A stretch of DNA of 64,000 bases from Anaeromyxobacter sp. (GCA_049840735.1 JASGJN010000026.1:224001-288000); one strand, 5' to 3'. Positions 52,728 through 63,500 are shown, numbered from the stretch's first letter. Notes: generated by a model not told the origin, from the sequence alone. A program made the numbers and translations.

Positions 52728-53141
52728 GTGACCTTCTCGGCCTCCACCACCCACGCGCTCCGGGCCGTGGCCTGGTTGGCGTCCAGCGCCGGCGAGGCGG
52801 TGCTGGGCCGCGACCTGGCACGCCGTCTCAAGATCCCCCCGGATTACCTCTCCAAGGTGCTGGCCACGCTGGCCCGCGCCGGCGTGCTCTCCGCCACGCG
52901 GGGGGCCAAGGGCGGCTACCGGCTGGCGCGGCCGGCCGAGCGGATCAGGCTGGTCGAGGTGGTGACGCCGTTCGAGGGGAAGCGGGCGCGGACCGGCTGC
53001 CTGCTCCGGCCCGACCGGCCCTGCCGCGGCTCGTCCACCTGCTCCGCGCACGTCTCCTGGGAGGGCGTCAACGAGACCTACCGCGCCTTCCTGGAGAAGA
53101 CGACGGTGGCCGACATCAAGGAGGGACGGATCGCGGGGTGA
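52728..53141 (+). CDS. Rrf2-family transcriptional regulator (3 Cys)
   Basis: IPPDYLSKVLATLARAG, RGAKGGYRLARP, CLLRPDRPC...CSAH. Confidence 0.9.
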   Translation: MTFSASTTHALRAVAWLASSAGEAVLGRDLARRLKIPPDYLSKVLATLARAGVLSATRGAKGGYRLARPAERIRLVEVVTPFEGKRARTGCLLRPDRPCRGSSTCSAHVSWEGVNETYRAFLEKTTVADIKEGRIAG

Positions 53142-53183
53142 GGCGGCGCCGGGCCAGCGGCCCGCTCCGGCGGGGACGGGGGC

Positions 53184-53233
53184 TCCGTTCGCCCTGGGCG
53201 TAGCGCCCGCGCGCGGGCGCGGAGTCGAAGGAC
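53184..53233. repeat. REP-like palindromic repeat
   Basis: CCGTTCGCCCTGGGCGTAGCGCCCGCGCGCGGGCGCGGAGTCGAAGGAC. Confidence 0.75.
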
Positions 53234-53251
53234 AGCGACTGGAGAACGCGA

Positions 53252-53279
53252 AGGCCGCCGCCCTCGCGGGCAGCGGCCT
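53252..53279. terminator. Stem-loop between convergent genes, putative terminator
   Basis: AGGCCGCCGCCC-TCGC-GGGCAGCGGCCT. Confidence 0.5.
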
Positions 53280-53309
53280 CCGGATGAAGGTCAGCGGGTC
53301 AGGCGCGGA

Positions 53310-54083
53310 CTAGTAGATCGTCCACTGCACCATGGCCTGCGGGACGGACGAGGTCTCGTGGTCGTCGCCGACCGGAGCCGTGTGCACGGCCCACTCGACG
53401 CCGGCGTGCAGCTTGCCCTTGGGGCCGCCGGCCAGGCCGAGCACGTCCACCAGCAGCTCGGGCTGCGCCCAGAGCTCCCAGGTGTTGTCGCCGTTGCCGT
53501 CCTTGGTGCCGTTCACGTCGATGAAGCCGGTGAAGACGAAGTCGACGGCGCCGACCTTGAAGGGCACGGTCCAGAACGGGCTGACCTGCCACTGGTTGTA
53601 CGCGTACTTGTCGTACCGGTAGAACACGTTGGTGCCCAGCACCCAGCCCGGAGGCGCGTTGAAGTCGAAGCCGACGCCGGCCAGGTAGGCGTAGAAGTTC
53701 GCGCCCTGGTTCACCTCACCGGCCAGGCCCCAGTGACGGACCAGGCCCTTCGAGTCCTTGGAGCCGAAGAAGTCGGACAGCCACAGGCGCGGGTGCCACT
53801 CGGCGTAGATGTCGGCCGCGTCCTTGTGGCCGGCGAAGTTCGGGGCGCTTTCGTACCGGGTCAGGTCGGCGAAGAAGAACTGGTCGCCGTGCTCCCAGGT
53901 GGAGAAGTGGTTCAGCGTGAGCGTCGTCGCCGTCCCGCTGGTGTAGCCGGGGTGCAGCTCGTCGTCCCAGTTGTAGCCCTGGAGCAGCTGGACGTTGGTG
54001 GTCGAGAACCCGCCCGCGAAGGCCGCAGGAGCGGCGAGCGCGAGGGCGAGCGCGAGGATGGCCTTGGAGGTGCGGAGGGTCAT
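53310..54083 (-). CDS. Tsx-like (nucleoside channel / DUF5020-type) outer-membrane protein
   Basis: Signal peptide; TLNHFSTWEHGDQFFFAD, YAEWHPR; C-terminal aromatic residue. Confidence 0.7.
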   Translation of the reverse strand: MTLRTSKAILALALALAAPAAFAGGFSTTNVQLLQGYNWDDELHPGYTSGTATTLTLNHFSTWEHGDQFFFADLTRYESAPNFAGHKDAADIYAEWHPRLWLSDFFGSKDSKGLVRHWGLAGEVNQGANFYAYLAGVGFDFNAPPGWVLGTNVFYRYDKYAYNQWQVSPFWTVPFKVGAVDFVFTGFIDVNGTKDGNGDNTWELWAQPELLVDVLGLAGGPKGKLHAGVEWAVHTAPVGDDHETSSVPQAMVQWTIY

Positions 54084-54309
54084 GGGCCTGGGCTTCTAGC
54101 TCACCTCCCTGACACACCGGAAGGGGCTTGAACGTCCGCTTGCTGCCCGCCCGGGCGGCGCGCGCTGCCCGGATGGCGGACAGGAGGCGCAAAGACCCGG
54201 CACTTCAAGGAGAAACGGGCTGAGGGGCCCTGCACGCGCGGCGCGCAAGGGGCATCCAGCGACCGCTGATCGGACCCTGGATCCGCCCAGACGGTGGGTG
54301 CGGGTCCGG

Positions 54310-55344
54310 TCAGGCGAAGGGGACGAGGTGCAGCCGATCGCCGGGGGCGACGTCCAGCGCCTTCATGGCGCGCTCCGGCAGCCGCACGGACTCTCCGTCG
54401 AGCCGCGCCACCGTGCGCACGGCGCGGAAGCGGACCTTGCCGCCGGTGCGCGCCACGCCGGCCAGCCACTCCTCGCCGTCGTGCTCGTGCTCCGCCAGCG
54501 GCAGCCGCGCCAGCTTCGCGCGCCGGTGGTTGCGCACCAGCGTCACGTCGGCCAGCTTCGCCTCGTAGTGCGGGCCGCCGTCGAACGGGTCCACGCGGCT
54601 CACGTACTTGAAGCCGATCCGCTCCAGCAGCCGCCGCACCGGCTCGGTGTCCGGCCCCACCTTGCCCAGCGCGCGGCGCACCGACTCGGGGAAGAGCGTG
54701 GCGTAGACGTCCACCGGCGGGAACAGCTGCTGGATGAACTCCTTGTTCTCCCGGCTCTTCTTGTCGGCGGTCTGGTAGTCGAGGTCGGTGAAGCGCTTGC
54801 CGAAGGCCTCCCAGAAGGCGCTGCGGCCGTCCCTGGCCAGCGGCGGCATCAGCTCGGCCAGCACCGTCTCGCGGAACCGCTCGCGGAACGCGGCCATGTA
54901 GAGGAAGCGGACGTAGGCCAGCTGCTTGCCCGCCTTCTGCTCGCCGCCGCGGTCCTGCGGGTGGACCACCAGGCCGCCGATCTCGCTGGGGCCGTCGAAG
55001 TGGTAGCCGATGGAGAGGACCTGGTGCGTGAAGTGGCGGTCGAGCGTGGAGGAGTAGTGCTCGCGCTCGGAGACGTCGAAGAAGGTGCAGGGCGACTCGC
55101 GCGTGCCGTGCTTGGCGATCACCATCGACGTGCCGACGATGCGGCGCGTGCGCGGGTCCTCGGCCACGAAGACGTAGTGGCGCTGGAGCGGGTCGCGGAT
55201 CCGGCCGTCGAAGCTGCGCACCGAGCGGTCGATGATCCCTGCCAGCGCGCGCTGGTCATAGGGGAGGTTGACGGTGTTGAGCACCTTCGCCAGCTTCGCG
55301 AGGCTCTCGAGGTCCGACTTCTGGGCGTCCCGGAGGAGGAGCAT
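54310..55344 (-). CDS. astA: Arginine N-succinyltransferase
   Basis: SEIGGL, RFLYMA, LAEL, FWEAFGKRF, VDPFDGGP. Confidence 0.88.
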   Translation of the reverse strand: MLLLRDAQKSDLESLAKLAKVLNTVNLPYDQRALAGIIDRSVRSFDGRIRDPLQRHYVFVAEDPRTRRIVGTSMVIAKHGTRESPCTFFDVSEREHYSSTLDRHFTHQVLSIGYHFDGPSEIGGLVVHPQDRGGEQKAGKQLAYVRFLYMAAFRERFRETVLAELMPPLARDGRSAFWEAFGKRFTDLDYQTADKKSRENKEFIQQLFPPVDVYATLFPESVRRALGKVGPDTEPVRRLLERIGFKYVSRVDPFDGGPHYEAKLADVTLVRNHRRAKLARLPLAEHEHDGEEWLAGVARTGGKVRFRAVRTVARLDGESVRLPERAMKALDVAPGDRLHLVPFA

Positions 55345-55671
55345 GCGGTCGGAGCTGCTGTGGGCGGGTGGGATGGTGCCGGCGCGGCGGGTCTAGCACG
55401 GGGCCGGGGCTTCGGCCACCGGCCGCCCGCACACCTACATCGACCGGCTCCTCAGGACACCCGCCCGGGTGGCGCGCGGGCCGGCGTGCCACGGCCCGGA
55501 GACGCGCGCACCGGATCCCCGTACCCGGACCTTGGGTCCGCGTCCCGGATCCAGAGGGCGGCTGAAACCCAGGGTGTGAGCCGCTCGTCCCAGATTCAGC
55601 GGCTTTCCGGGAGGGGCGCAAACGTGTTCTTCAATACTGAGGAAGCGGGAGCCTGGGAGAGGATCAGCCGG

Positions 55672-56100
55672 ATGAGCGACGAGCGCACCAAGGGGCCAGC
55701 CGACCTGGCAGCGAGCCAGGGACCCCGCACGCGCGCCGTGCTGGTCGTCGACGACGAGCCGTTGCTCCTCTCGGCGCTGCGCCGGCTGCTGGTCCCCCGG
55801 TTCAGGGTGGAGACCTTCGACGACGCGGCGCAGGCGCTGGAGCGCATCCGCGGCGGCGCTCGCTTCGAGGCCATCCTCTGCGACCTGAACATGCCCGGCA
55901 TGGACGGGGTGGCGTTCCACGACGCGCTGGCGGCCGCGCTGCCCGAGCAGGCGCGCCGCATCGTCTTCATGACCGGCGGGGCGCTGGGGGAGCGGTCGCA
56001 GCGCGTGGTCCGGTCCGGGCGCCACCGGGTGCTGGAGAAGCCGCTCGAGCGGGGCGCCCTGTTGCGCGCGCTGGACGGGCCGCCGGCCCCGGAGCCGTGA
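55672..56100 (+). CDS. Single-domain response regulator
   Basis: VLVVDDE, LCDLNMPGMDG, FMTGG, LEKP. Confidence 0.9.
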   Translation: MSDERTKGPADLAASQGPRTRAVLVVDDEPLLLSALRRLLVPRFRVETFDDAAQALERIRGGARFEAILCDLNMPGMDGVAFHDALAAALPEQARRIVFMTGGALGERSQRVVRSGRHRVLEKPLERGALLRALDGPPAPEP

Positions 56101-56145
56101 AAGCCGACCGTTGAAAACCGGCCGCGGGCGTGCGATCCCAGCCGG

Positions 56146-56595
56146 ATGCGGGCGGTGGTCCAGCGCGTGACGCGCGCCGAGGTGCGGGTCGAGGGGGCGG
56201 TGACCGGGTCGATCGACCGCGGCCTGCTGGTGCTGCTGGGCGTGGCCAGGGACGACGTGGCCGCCGACGCGAAGGTCATCGCCGACAAGCTGGCCGGGCT
56301 GCGCGTCTTCGAGGACCCGGCCGGCAAGCTGAACCTCTCCACCGCCGAGGTGGGCGGCGGGCTGCTGGTGGTCTCGCAGTTCACGCTGCTGGGCGACGCC
56401 CGCAAGGGCAACCGCCCCTCCTTCGTCGACGCCGCGCCGCCCGAGGCCGCCAACGCGCTCTACCAGGACGTCTGCGCCCAGCTGCGCGCCCGGGGGCTCC
56501 CGGTGGCCACCGGCGTGTTCCGTGCCGACATGAAGGTGGAGCTGGTGAACGACGGCCCGGTGACCATCCTGCTCGACTCGCGCAAGCTCTTCTGA
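56146..56595 (+). CDS. dtd: D-aminoacyl-tRNA deacylase
   Basis: MRAVVQRV, SQFTL, NDGPVT. Confidence 0.96.
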   Translation: MRAVVQRVTRAEVRVEGAVTGSIDRGLLVLLGVARDDVAADAKVIADKLAGLRVFEDPAGKLNLSTAEVGGGLLVVSQFTLLGDARKGNRPSFVDAAPPEAANALYQDVCAQLRARGLPVATGVFRADMKVELVNDGPVTILLDSRKLF

Positions 56596-56616
56596 CCCGC
56601 TTCACCCGAGGTGACC

Positions 56617-56961
56617 ATGTCCGACTGCCTCTTCTGCAAGATCGCCGGCGGCCAGATCCCGGCCAAGCTGGTCCACCAGGACGACGAGCTGGTGGCCTTC
56701 GTGGACATCAACCCGCAGGCGCCCACCCACTTCCTGATCATCCCGCGCAGGCACATCCCCACGCTCAACGACCTCGGCCCGGCGGACGACGCGCTGGTCG
56801 GGAAGATGCACCGGCTGGCGGCGAAGCTGGCCGGCGAGCGCGGGCACGCCGAGAGCGGCTTCCGCGTGGTGATGAACGCGAACCGCGACGCCGGGCAGAC
56901 CGTCTTCCACATCCACCTGCACCTGCTGGGCGGGCGGCAGATGGGGTGGCCGCCGGGCTAG
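56617..56961 (+). CDS. HIT-family nucleotide-binding protein
   Basis: DCLFCKI, GQTVFHIHLHLLGGR, WPPG. Confidence 0.95.
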   Translation: MSDCLFCKIAGGQIPAKLVHQDDELVAFVDINPQAPTHFLIIPRRHIPTLNDLGPADDALVGKMHRLAAKLAGERGHAESGFRVVMNANRDAGQTVFHIHLHLLGGRQMGWPPG

Positions 56962-57082
56962 GCCCCGCGACGGGGCGCAACGGGCGTTGGCCCCCGTGGT
57001 GGCCGCGCCCGCGTCCCCGCCGGACGCTAGGCGCCTCCTCGAACCCGTTCCAGGCGCGCCCGGCGCGCCGCGAGGAGGTCGC

Positions 57083-57622
57083 ATGGCTGCCACCCGTCCC
57101 ATCCCCGAGGGCATGCACACCGTCACGCCCAACCTGGTCGTGCGCGACGCGGCCAGGGCCATCGACTTCTACAAGCAGGCCTTCGGCGCCGCCGAGCTCT
57201 CGCGGTTCATGTCGCCGGACGGGAAGAGCGTCTGGCACGCCGAGCTGCGCATCGGCGACTCGACCGTCTTCCTCAACGACGAGATGCCGGGCATGGGCCG
57301 CCCGGCCCCGACCGCCGACAGCCCGGCCCCCATCACCATGTGGCTGTACGTGAAGGACTGCGACGGGGCCTACGAGAAGGCGCTCTCCGCCGGCGCGCGC
57401 TCCACCATGGAGCCGGCCGACATGTTCTGGGGCGACCGCTGCTCGGGCGTGGCCGATCCCTTCGGCTACCAGTGGTCCTTCGCCACCCACCAGAAGGACC
57501 TGACCGACGAGGAGATGCGCCGCGCCGGCGAGGCCTGGGCGCGGGAGGCGGGCATGGCGCAGGGCGGCGCCGGGCAGGGCGCCGCCAGCTCGTCGGACTT
57601 CAGCTCGCGGCCGGGGGTGTAG
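57083..57622 (+). CDS. VOC/PhnB-like glyoxalase protein
   Basis: AIDFYKQAFGA, HAELRIGDS, MFWGDR, DPFGYQW. Confidence 0.9.
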   Translation: MAATRPIPEGMHTVTPNLVVRDAARAIDFYKQAFGAAELSRFMSPDGKSVWHAELRIGDSTVFLNDEMPGMGRPAPTADSPAPITMWLYVKDCDGAYEKALSAGARSTMEPADMFWGDRCSGVADPFGYQWSFATHQKDLTDEEMRRAGEAWAREAGMAQGGAGQGAASSSDFSSRPGV

Positions 57623-57938
57623 GCAGCCGTCGAAGCGCGGGCAGGAAGGACCCCGCCTTCGGTGAGGCCCGCCGCTCCCGCGCCAGGGCCCCCAGCAGCT
57701 TCGCCTCGGCGCAGCCCTGGCAGGCCCGCTGCAGCCGCTTCACCGCCGCGTCGGCGTCGTCCAGCCGCCCCTCCTCCAGCGCCAGGCTGGCGATCACCAC
57801 CAGTGACGGCGCGTCCGCTGCGCCCTGCAGCGCGCGGGCTGGGGCCGGACCCCCGCGCAGCAGGGCCAGCGCCGCGTCGCGGGGGCCATCGGCGGGGGAG
57901 GCGAGCAGGGCGGTGGCCAGCAAGGCCGCGAGGGACAT
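57600..57938 (-). CDS. Small hypothetical exported protein (TPR-like helix pair)
   Basis: Signal-like N-terminus MSLAALLATALLA; ASLALEEGRLDDADAAVKRL. Confidence 0.4.
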   Translation of the reverse strand: MSLAALLATALLASPADGPRDAALALLRGGPAPARALQGAADAPSLVVIASLALEEGRLDDADAAVKRLQRACQGCAEAKLLGALARERRASPKAGSFLPALRRLPTPPAAS

Positions 57939-58006
57939 GCACGCAGCGTAGCAGGCAGGGGCCGGGGCGCGGATTCGAGTGGGGCTGGCCGCGCTGCTTC
58001 TCGACA

Positions 58007-58058
58007 CCGTTCGGGCTGAGCGTAGCGAGCCCGCAGGGCTCGCGGAGTCGAAGCCCAG
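58007..58058. repeat. REP-like palindromic repeat
   Basis: CCGTTCGGGCTGAGCGTAGCGAGCCCGCAGGGCTCGCGGAGTCGAAGCCC, the same core as the copy at ~42634. Confidence 0.8.
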
Positions 58059-58072
58059 GGCTGGATCGGCGG

Positions 58073-58906
58073 TCAGTACCCGCTGCCCGTGCCCGCCGTC
58101 GACTGCCCGGCCTCCCCCGCCGCCCCCTCCCGCGCCAGCCCGTTGGCGTCCCCCGCCGAGCGCGCCGCGCGCCCCAGCGCCAGCCGCGCCGCGTACAGGT
58201 CCCCGCGCGCCAGCGCCTCGCGCGCCGCCGCGATGGCCTCCGCGGCCACCCCGGACTGCTGCGCCTCGCGCTCGGCGCCACGCGCCGCCGCCTCCTGCTG
58301 CGCGCCGGCCAGCGCCTGGGCCTGCTGCGCCAGCGCCGCGTCCAGCCCGCTCGCGTCGCCGCTCGAGAGCGACTGCAGCGCCCCGTCCATCTGTCCCAGC
58401 GCCTGGCCGGTGGCGTCCGCCCGCTCGGACGTCGAGCGCGCGGCCTCGGCCTGCTGCTGCGCCCGCTCCTCCGAGAGCTGCTGCTGCAGCGCGTCGGCCC
58501 GGGCCTTCTCCTCCGCCTGCGACGCCCGCAGCGACTCCACCTCCGCCCGCAGGCTGGCCACCTCGCCCGCCAGCCGGGTGCGCTCGCCGGCGTCCTTCAC
58601 GGCCGCTGCCCGATCCTCGGCCCACTGCTGCTCCAGCGTGCGCTCGGCCGCCGGCGCGGCACCGGCGGTGCCGCTGCTGGCGACCTGTGTGCTCTCGGTG
58701 CCCTGCGGTCGCGTCGCTGCCTGGCCGGTTGGCTGGGCGTCGGCCGGCTCCCCGGACCCCTGGGGCGGCGCCTCCTGCGGCGAGTCCTTGCGCGGCCCCA
58801 GCTCGATCACATGGACCGGCCCGCTCGCCGCGCGGTCCGGCTTCTCGCCGCGCCCCGCCGCGGGCAGCCCGAGGACCAGCGCGGCCAGCATGACCCGTGT
58901 CCGCAT
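58073..58906 (-). CDS. Exported coiled-coil hypothetical protein
   Basis: Signal peptide MRTRVMLAALVLGLPAAGRG; Ala/Glu/Gln-rich heptads. Confidence 0.6.
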   Translation of the reverse strand: MRTRVMLAALVLGLPAAGRGEKPDRAASGPVHVIELGPRKDSPQEAPPQGSGEPADAQPTGQAATRPQGTESTQVASSGTAGAAPAAERTLEQQWAEDRAAAVKDAGERTRLAGEVASLRAEVESLRASQAEEKARADALQQQLSEERAQQQAEAARSTSERADATGQALGQMDGALQSLSSGDASGLDAALAQQAQALAGAQQEAAARGAEREAQQSGVAAEAIAAAREALARGDLYAARLALGRAARSAGDANGLAREGAAGEAGQSTAGTGSGY

Positions 58907-59024
58907 GCGCCCACGTTCCGTCCGCCCAGCGATCCCCGCAAGCGGTGCAGCCGCCCAAGCAGGCGCCCCCGCACGCGACGACAAGGTCGTTCCCCCCGCC
59001 GCGCCGCTCTGGCAGGCTCCGCGC

Positions 59025-59897
59025 ATGACGCCCGTCCGCCCCCGCCGCAGCGCGCTCTACGTCCCCGGCGCCAACGCCCGCGCCCTCGAGAAGGCCCGCG
59101 GCCTGGCCGCCGACGTGCTGCTGCTCGACCTGGAGGACGCGGTCGCCCCCTCGGCCAAGGAGACGGCCCGCGCCCAGGTGGTCGCCGCGCTGGCGGCCGG
59201 CGGGTTCGGCAGGCGGGAGAAGGTGGTCCGCGTCAACGGCCTCGACACGCCCTGGGGCGCTGCCGACCTCGAGGCGCTGGCCCGCGCCGGCGCCGACGCC
59301 ATCTGCCTGCCCAAGGTCGAGTCGCCCGAGGCCGTCATCGCCGCCTCCGAGGCGCTCCACCGCGGCGGCGCCCCGGACGCGCTGCCGCTCTGGTGCATGA
59401 TCGAGACGCCGCGCGGCGTGCTGGCGGTGGCGCAGATCGCCGCCGCCCACCGCCGGCTGGGCTGCCTGGTGGCCGGCACCAGCGACCTGGTGAAGGACCT
59501 GCGCGCGCGCCACACCGCCGACCGCGCCTCGGTCCTGCCCAGCCTGGGCCTGATGCTGCTGGCCGCGCGCGCCAACGGGCTGGCCGCGCTGGACGGCGTG
59601 CACCTGGGGCTGACCGACGCCGAGGGCTACGAGACCTCCTGCCGGCAAGGGCGCGACCTGGGCTTCGACGGCAAGACCTGCATCCACCCCTCGCAGCTGG
59701 AGCCGGCCAACCGGATCTTCGCGCCGGACGCGGCCGAGCTGGAGGAGGCCCGCAAGATCATCGCCGCCCACGCCGAGGCGGAGGCCCAGGGGACCGGCGT
59801 CACCGTGGTGGACGGCCGGCTGGTCGAGGCGCTCCACGTGGAGGCCGCCCGGGCCCGGGTGGCGCTGGCCGAGGCCATCGCGGCCGCGGGGGCGTGA
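59025..59897 (+). CDS. CitE-like CoA-ester lyase (HpcH/HpaI aldolase family)
   Basis: RRSALYVPG, DLEDAV, VRVN, MIETP, GFDGKTCIHPSQ. Confidence 0.92.
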   Translation: MTPVRPRRSALYVPGANARALEKARGLAADVLLLDLEDAVAPSAKETARAQVVAALAAGGFGRREKVVRVNGLDTPWGAADLEALARAGADAICLPKVESPEAVIAASEALHRGGAPDALPLWCMIETPRGVLAVAQIAAAHRRLGCLVAGTSDLVKDLRARHTADRASVLPSLGLMLLAARANGLAALDGVHLGLTDAEGYETSCRQGRDLGFDGKTCIHPSQLEPANRIFAPDAAELEEARKIIAAHAEAEAQGTGVTVVDGRLVEALHVEAARARVALAEAIAAAGA

Positions 59898-59928
59898 TTG
59901 CGACGGCAGGGCTGGCCGGCGCGTCAAC

Positions 59929-59981
59929 CCGTTCGCCCTGAGCGTAGCCGCCGCCCCGGGCGGCGGCGGAGTCGAAGGGCA
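59929..59981. repeat. REP-like palindromic repeat
   Basis: CCGTTCGCCCTGAGCGTAGCCGCCGCCCCGGGCGGCGGCGGAGTCGAAGGGC. Confidence 0.8.
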
Positions 59982-60076
59982 GGGGACGAACTGACGCGGG
60001 GGCCCCCTCCCGAGGCGCGAAGGGCCTCCCCGGCGTGGACACCTCAGGGCCGGTCCCGTACACTCGGCGGTCCATC

Positions 60077-60430
60077 ATGCGCGGCATCCGAGGTGCGACG
60101 CAGGTCTCTGCCAACACCGTCCAGGCGATCGAGGACGCGGTGGTCGAGATGTGTCGCGAGATCACGAAGCGGAACCAGATCACGGCCGACCAGATCGTCT
60201 GGGCCATCTTCACGGTCACCCACGATCTCGACGCCGACTTCCCGGCCCGCGCGGCGCGGGTCCAGGGCTGGAACCACGTCCCCATGATCTGCTCGCAGGA
60301 GATCCCGGTCCCCGGGTCGCTCCCGCGGACGGTCCGGGTGCTGCTGCACGTGGACAGCGACGGGCCGCGCAACCACGTGTACCTGCGCGGCGCCGAGGCG
60401 CTGCGCCCCGACCTGCACAAGAAGCCCTGA
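60077..60430 (+). CDS. aroH: Chorismate mutase, AroH class
   Basis: [30 protein letters not shown]. Confidence 0.93.
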   Translation: MRGIRGATQVSANTVQAIEDAVVEMCREITKRNQITADQIVWAIFTVTHDLDADFPARAARVQGWNHVPMICSQEIPVPGSLPRTVRVLLHVDSDGPRNHVYLRGAEALRPDLHKKP

Positions 60431-60433
60431 GCC

Positions 60434-61354
60434 ATGAGCGCGCGCCGGACGGACCAGGAGGTCCTTGGGACCCTCGCCCGGGCCCGGGCGGAGACGGCGA
60501 CGCAGCCGACCCCCGCCAGCGCGCCCTGCCCGTACCCGCTGGCCTCGCGCGAGGCCCGGCCTGCCGGGTCGGTGGTCAACGTGGGCAGCGGCCCGGCCGC
60601 GGTGCCGTTCGGCGGCGCGCTGGTGCCGGTGATCGCCGGCCCGTGCGCGGTGGAGGGCTGGGAGGGGCTGGAGCAGGCCGCGCTGGCCGCCAGGGCCGCC
60701 GGCGCCCGGATGCTGCGCGGCGGCGCCTTCAAGCCCCGCACCTCGCCCTACGCGTTCCAGGGGCTGGGCGAGGCCGCGCTGCGGCTGCTGGCCCGCGCCC
60801 GCGAGCGGACCGGCCTGCCGGTGGTGACCGAGGTGATGTCGCCGGAGCAGGTGCCGCTGGTGGCCGAGTTCGCCGACCTGCTGCAGATCGGCGCCCGCAA
60901 CATGCAGAACTACGACCTCTTGCGCGCCGTCGGGAAGGTGCGCCGGCCGGTGCTGCTCAAGCGCGGCCTCTCCGCCACCGTCGAGGAGCTGCTGCTGGCG
61001 GCGGAGTACGTGCTGGCCTCCGGCAACGACCAGGTCATCCTCTGCGAGCGCGGCATCCGCACCTTCGAGCGGGCCACCCGCAACACGCTCGACCTCTCGG
61101 CGGTGGCGCTGCTCCGGCAGCTCACGCACCTGCCGGTGATCGTCGATCCCTCGCACGGCACCGGCGTCCGCTCGCTGGTGGCGCCCATGGCGCTGGCGGC
61201 GGTGGCGGCCGGCGCGGACGGGCTCCTGCTGGAGGCCCACCCGGCGCCCGACCGCGCGCTCTCCGACGGCGCCCAGTCGCTGCCGCTGGAGGAGCTGCCG
61301 CCGCTCCTGGCGCGGCTGCGGGCGGTGGCGCTGGCCGTCGGGCGGGCGGTGTAG
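60434..61354 (+). CDS. aroF: DAHP synthase (class I-beta)
   Basis: [44 protein letters not shown]. Confidence 0.93.
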   Translation: MSARRTDQEVLGTLARARAETATQPTPASAPCPYPLASREARPAGSVVNVGSGPAAVPFGGALVPVIAGPCAVEGWEGLEQAALAARAAGARMLRGGAFKPRTSPYAFQGLGEAALRLLARARERTGLPVVTEVMSPEQVPLVAEFADLLQIGARNMQNYDLLRAVGKVRRPVLLKRGLSATVEELLLAAEYVLASGNDQVILCERGIRTFERATRNTLDLSAVALLRQLTHLPVIVDPSHGTGVRSLVAPMALAAVAAGADGLLLEAHPAPDRALSDGAQSLPLEELPPLLARLRAVALAVGRAV

Positions 61355-61357
61355 CCC

Positions 61358-62197
61358 GTGGGCGCGCTCCCCGGAACCCTGGGCGTGGTCGGGCTGGGCC
61401 TGATGGGCGCCACCCTGGCGCGCAACGTGCGCCGCGTCGATCCCTCGGTCCGCATCGTGGCGGTGGAGCCGCGCGAGGAGGTCCGCGCGCAGGCGCTGGC
61501 CGACGGCGTGGTGGACGCGGCCCTGGCCGCCCCCGGCCCGGCGCTGGCCGGCTGCCGCCTCTGCGTGCTGTGCACGCCGGTGGCCACCATCGAGGCGCTG
61601 CTGGGGCCGGTCTCGCGGCTCTTGCCGGACGGCGCGGTGCTCACCGACGTGGGCGGCGCCAAGGAGCGGGTGCTCTCGCTGGCGAGCGACCTGGTCCGCC
61701 CGGGCGTGATCTTCGTGGGCGCCCACCCCATGTTCGGCGGCCACGGCGGCTACGCCGGCGCCACCGCCGACAAGTGGATCGGCGGCCGGGTGGCGGTCTG
61801 CACCGACGGGCCGGCCGAGGCGGTGGAGCAGGTGGCCGCGCTGCACGCCGCGCTGGGCGGGCAGGTGGAGCGCTGCACCGCCGCCGAGCACGACGCGGCG
61901 GTGGCCATGGTCTCGCACCTGCCCTACCTGGTGGCCTCGGCGCTGGCCAGCGCCGCCCGCGAGGCCGGCCCGCTGGCCATGAAGCTGGCCGGTCCGGGCC
62001 TCAAGGACATGACCCGCCTGGCCGCCTTCCCCTTCGACATCCAGGGCGAGGTGGCGCGGCGCAACGCCTACATTCCGGAGGCGGCGGAGCGGATGAAGCG
62101 CCACCTCGAGACCATCCTCGGCGCCGTCACCTCGTCGCCGGAGGCCGCGCGCGCCGCGCTGGAGGCGGCCCGCGCCGCACGGGAGGAGCTGTTTTGA
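61358..62197 (+). CDS. tyrA: Prephenate/arogenate dehydrogenase
   Basis: [31 protein letters not shown]. Confidence 0.9.
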   Translation: MGALPGTLGVVGLGLMGATLARNVRRVDPSVRIVAVEPREEVRAQALADGVVDAALAAPGPALAGCRLCVLCTPVATIEALLGPVSRLLPDGAVLTDVGGAKERVLSLASDLVRPGVIFVGAHPMFGGHGGYAGATADKWIGGRVAVCTDGPAEAVEQVAALHAALGGQVERCTAAEHDAAVAMVSHLPYLVASALASAAREAGPLAMKLAGPGLKDMTRLAAFPFDIQGEVARRNAYIPEAAERMKRHLETILGAVTSSPEAARAALEAARAAREELF

Positions 62198-62205
62198 AGG
62201 GACCC

Positions 62206-63500
62206 ATGATCTGCCGCCGCCCCACGGGCGCGCCGCTCCGCGGCGCCGTGACGGTGCCGGGTGACAAGTCCGTCTCGCACCGCAGCCTGCTCTTCGGGGC
62301 GCTGGCCGAGGGCGAGACCCGCGTCACCGGCATCCTGGAGGCGGAGGACGTCCGCTCCACCCGCCGCGCCGTCGAGGCGCTGGGGGCGGTGGTGCGCGAC
62401 GAGGGGAACGAGGTGGTGGTCACGCCGCCGGCCGAGGGGCTGCGCGAGCCGGGCGACGTGATTGACTGCGGCAACTCAGGCACCAGCCTGCGGCTGCTGG
62501 CCGGCGTGCTCTCCGGCGTGCCCGGCCTGGCGGTGCTGACCGGCGACGCCTCGCTGCGCCGCCGCCCGGTGCGCCGGGTGATCGAGCCGCTGCGGCGCAT
62601 GGGGGCCACGCTCTCCGCCCGCGACGGCGACCGGCTCCCGCCGCTGGTGATCCGCGGCGGCGCGCTGGTGGGCGCGCGCCACGTGATGGAGGTGGCCAGC
62701 GCCCAGGTGAAGAGCGCCATCCTGCTGGCCGGCCTGCGCGCCGAGGGCGAGACCACGGTGGTCGAGCCGGAGCGCTCGCGCGACCACACCGAGCGGATGC
62801 TCACCGGCATGGGCGTGCCGGTGCGGGTGGACGGGCTCAGCGTCACCGTGGCCCCGTCGCGCCTGCGGGGCACGCGGGTGGACGTGCCGGGCGACATCTC
62901 CTCGGCGGCCTTCTTCCTCTGCGCGGCCGCCGGCCTGCCCGGCTCCGAGGTCACCGTCCGCAACATGGGCGTGAACGAGACCCGCACCGGCCTGCTGGAC
63001 GTGCTGGCGGCCATGGGCGCGAGGCCGATGCTCACGAACCTGCGCGAGATCTGCCGGCGAGCCACGGGCCGACGTGACGGTGAAGAGCGCGGACCTGGTG
63101 GCCACCGAGATTCGGCGGGCCGCTCATCCCGCGGCTCATCGACGAGCTGCCGGTGCTGATGGTGCTGGCCACGCAGGCCCGCGGCCGGACCCTGATCCGC
63201 GACGCCCGCGAGCTGCGGGTGAAGGAGTCCGACCGGCTGGCCGCCATGGGCGAGACCCTGGCCGCGGCCGGCGCGAGGATCGAGCTCTTCGAGGACGGCT
63301 GCGCCATCGAGGGGCCCACCCGGCTGCGCGGCGTCTCCGTGAAGACCCGGCTCGACCACCGCATCGCCATGTCCATGGCGGTGGCGCAGCTGTTCACCGC
63401 GCGTGACGAGGTGGTGCTGGACGACGTGGCCTGCGTGGCCACCTCCTTCCCTGGCTTCTTCGAGCTGCTCGACCGGCTGGCCGCGGAGGGCGCGCGTTGA
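62206..63500 (+). CDS. aroA: EPSP synthase (two frameshifts at ~63052 and ~63111)
   Basis: [38 protein letters not shown] across three frames. Confidence 0.93.

Noticed and set aside
55474..55491. Sigma-54 promoter for astA (minus strand TGGCACG...)
   Set aside because: The GC falls 11 nt, not 10 nt, after the GG, and the -12 box is poor.
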